Notes under the pieces: generated by a model
The model's database searches: none
What the model was told of the DNA's origin: nothing
What the model saw: only the letters and a program-made list of their open reading frames with translations
Made by a program: the position numbers and the translations under genes
Shown: positions 63,984-64,000 of the stretch, one piece after another
Position numbering within the stretch: position 1 is the stretch's first letter
Layout of the letters: every line of letters begins with the position of its first letter
Assembly (NCBI GenBank): GCA_039818985.1
Contig: JBCBSU010000001.1
Span: forward strand, 24,367-88,366
Length of the DNA stretch: 64,000 bases
Reading direction: 5' to 3'
Source: Pseudomonadota bacterium
GTDB lineage: Bacteria; Pseudomonadota; Alphaproteobacteria; Sphingomonadales; Sphingomonadaceae

Positions 63984-64000
63984 CGCCGGGCCGTCGGCAT

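Overview
High-GC (about 62-65%) alphaproteobacterial chromosome segment; gene content and the SPT sequence point to Sphingomonadaceae. It is mostly housekeeping genes: proB-obg, prmC-prfA-hisS, ppa, sucC, etfBA, katG, purD, xseA, clpB, the complete ybgC-tolQRAB-pal cluster, ruvCAB, and a TonB-dependent receptor. The left end (1.2-6.9 kb) is a bacterial sphingolipid biosynthesis locus: serine palmitoyltransferase, a dedicated acyl carrier protein and an NAD-dependent epimerase/reductase. It is flanked by a DUF2141 protein, a DAGK-type lipid kinase and a Tam41-like nucleotidyltransferase, and contains an oppositely oriented small 3-TM protein of unknown function. The features not explained by ordinary housekeeping content are listed below.

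1. A family of intergenic palindromic repeat elements occurs at five sites. Two of these sites abut sharply AT-rich anomalies (about 40-45% GC): the 3' end of hisS, and a foreign ORF inserted between ruvA and ruvB that is translationally coupled to ruvA.
2. Two abutting tRNA-like units have good D, anticodon and T arms but defective acceptor stems.
3. Tandem paralogous small secreted proteins (a G9 tract lies upstream of the second copy) sit convergent to a TPR plus 2OG-Fe(II)-oxygenase protein.
4. Tandem DUF4139 paralogs are followed by a DUF4167 gene.
5. A Fur/PerR-like palindrome lies upstream of a signal-peptide-bearing KatG.

No CRISPR array, integrase or transposase was seen. Many very long antisense ORFs (up to 1148 aa) are GC-driven shadow frames.
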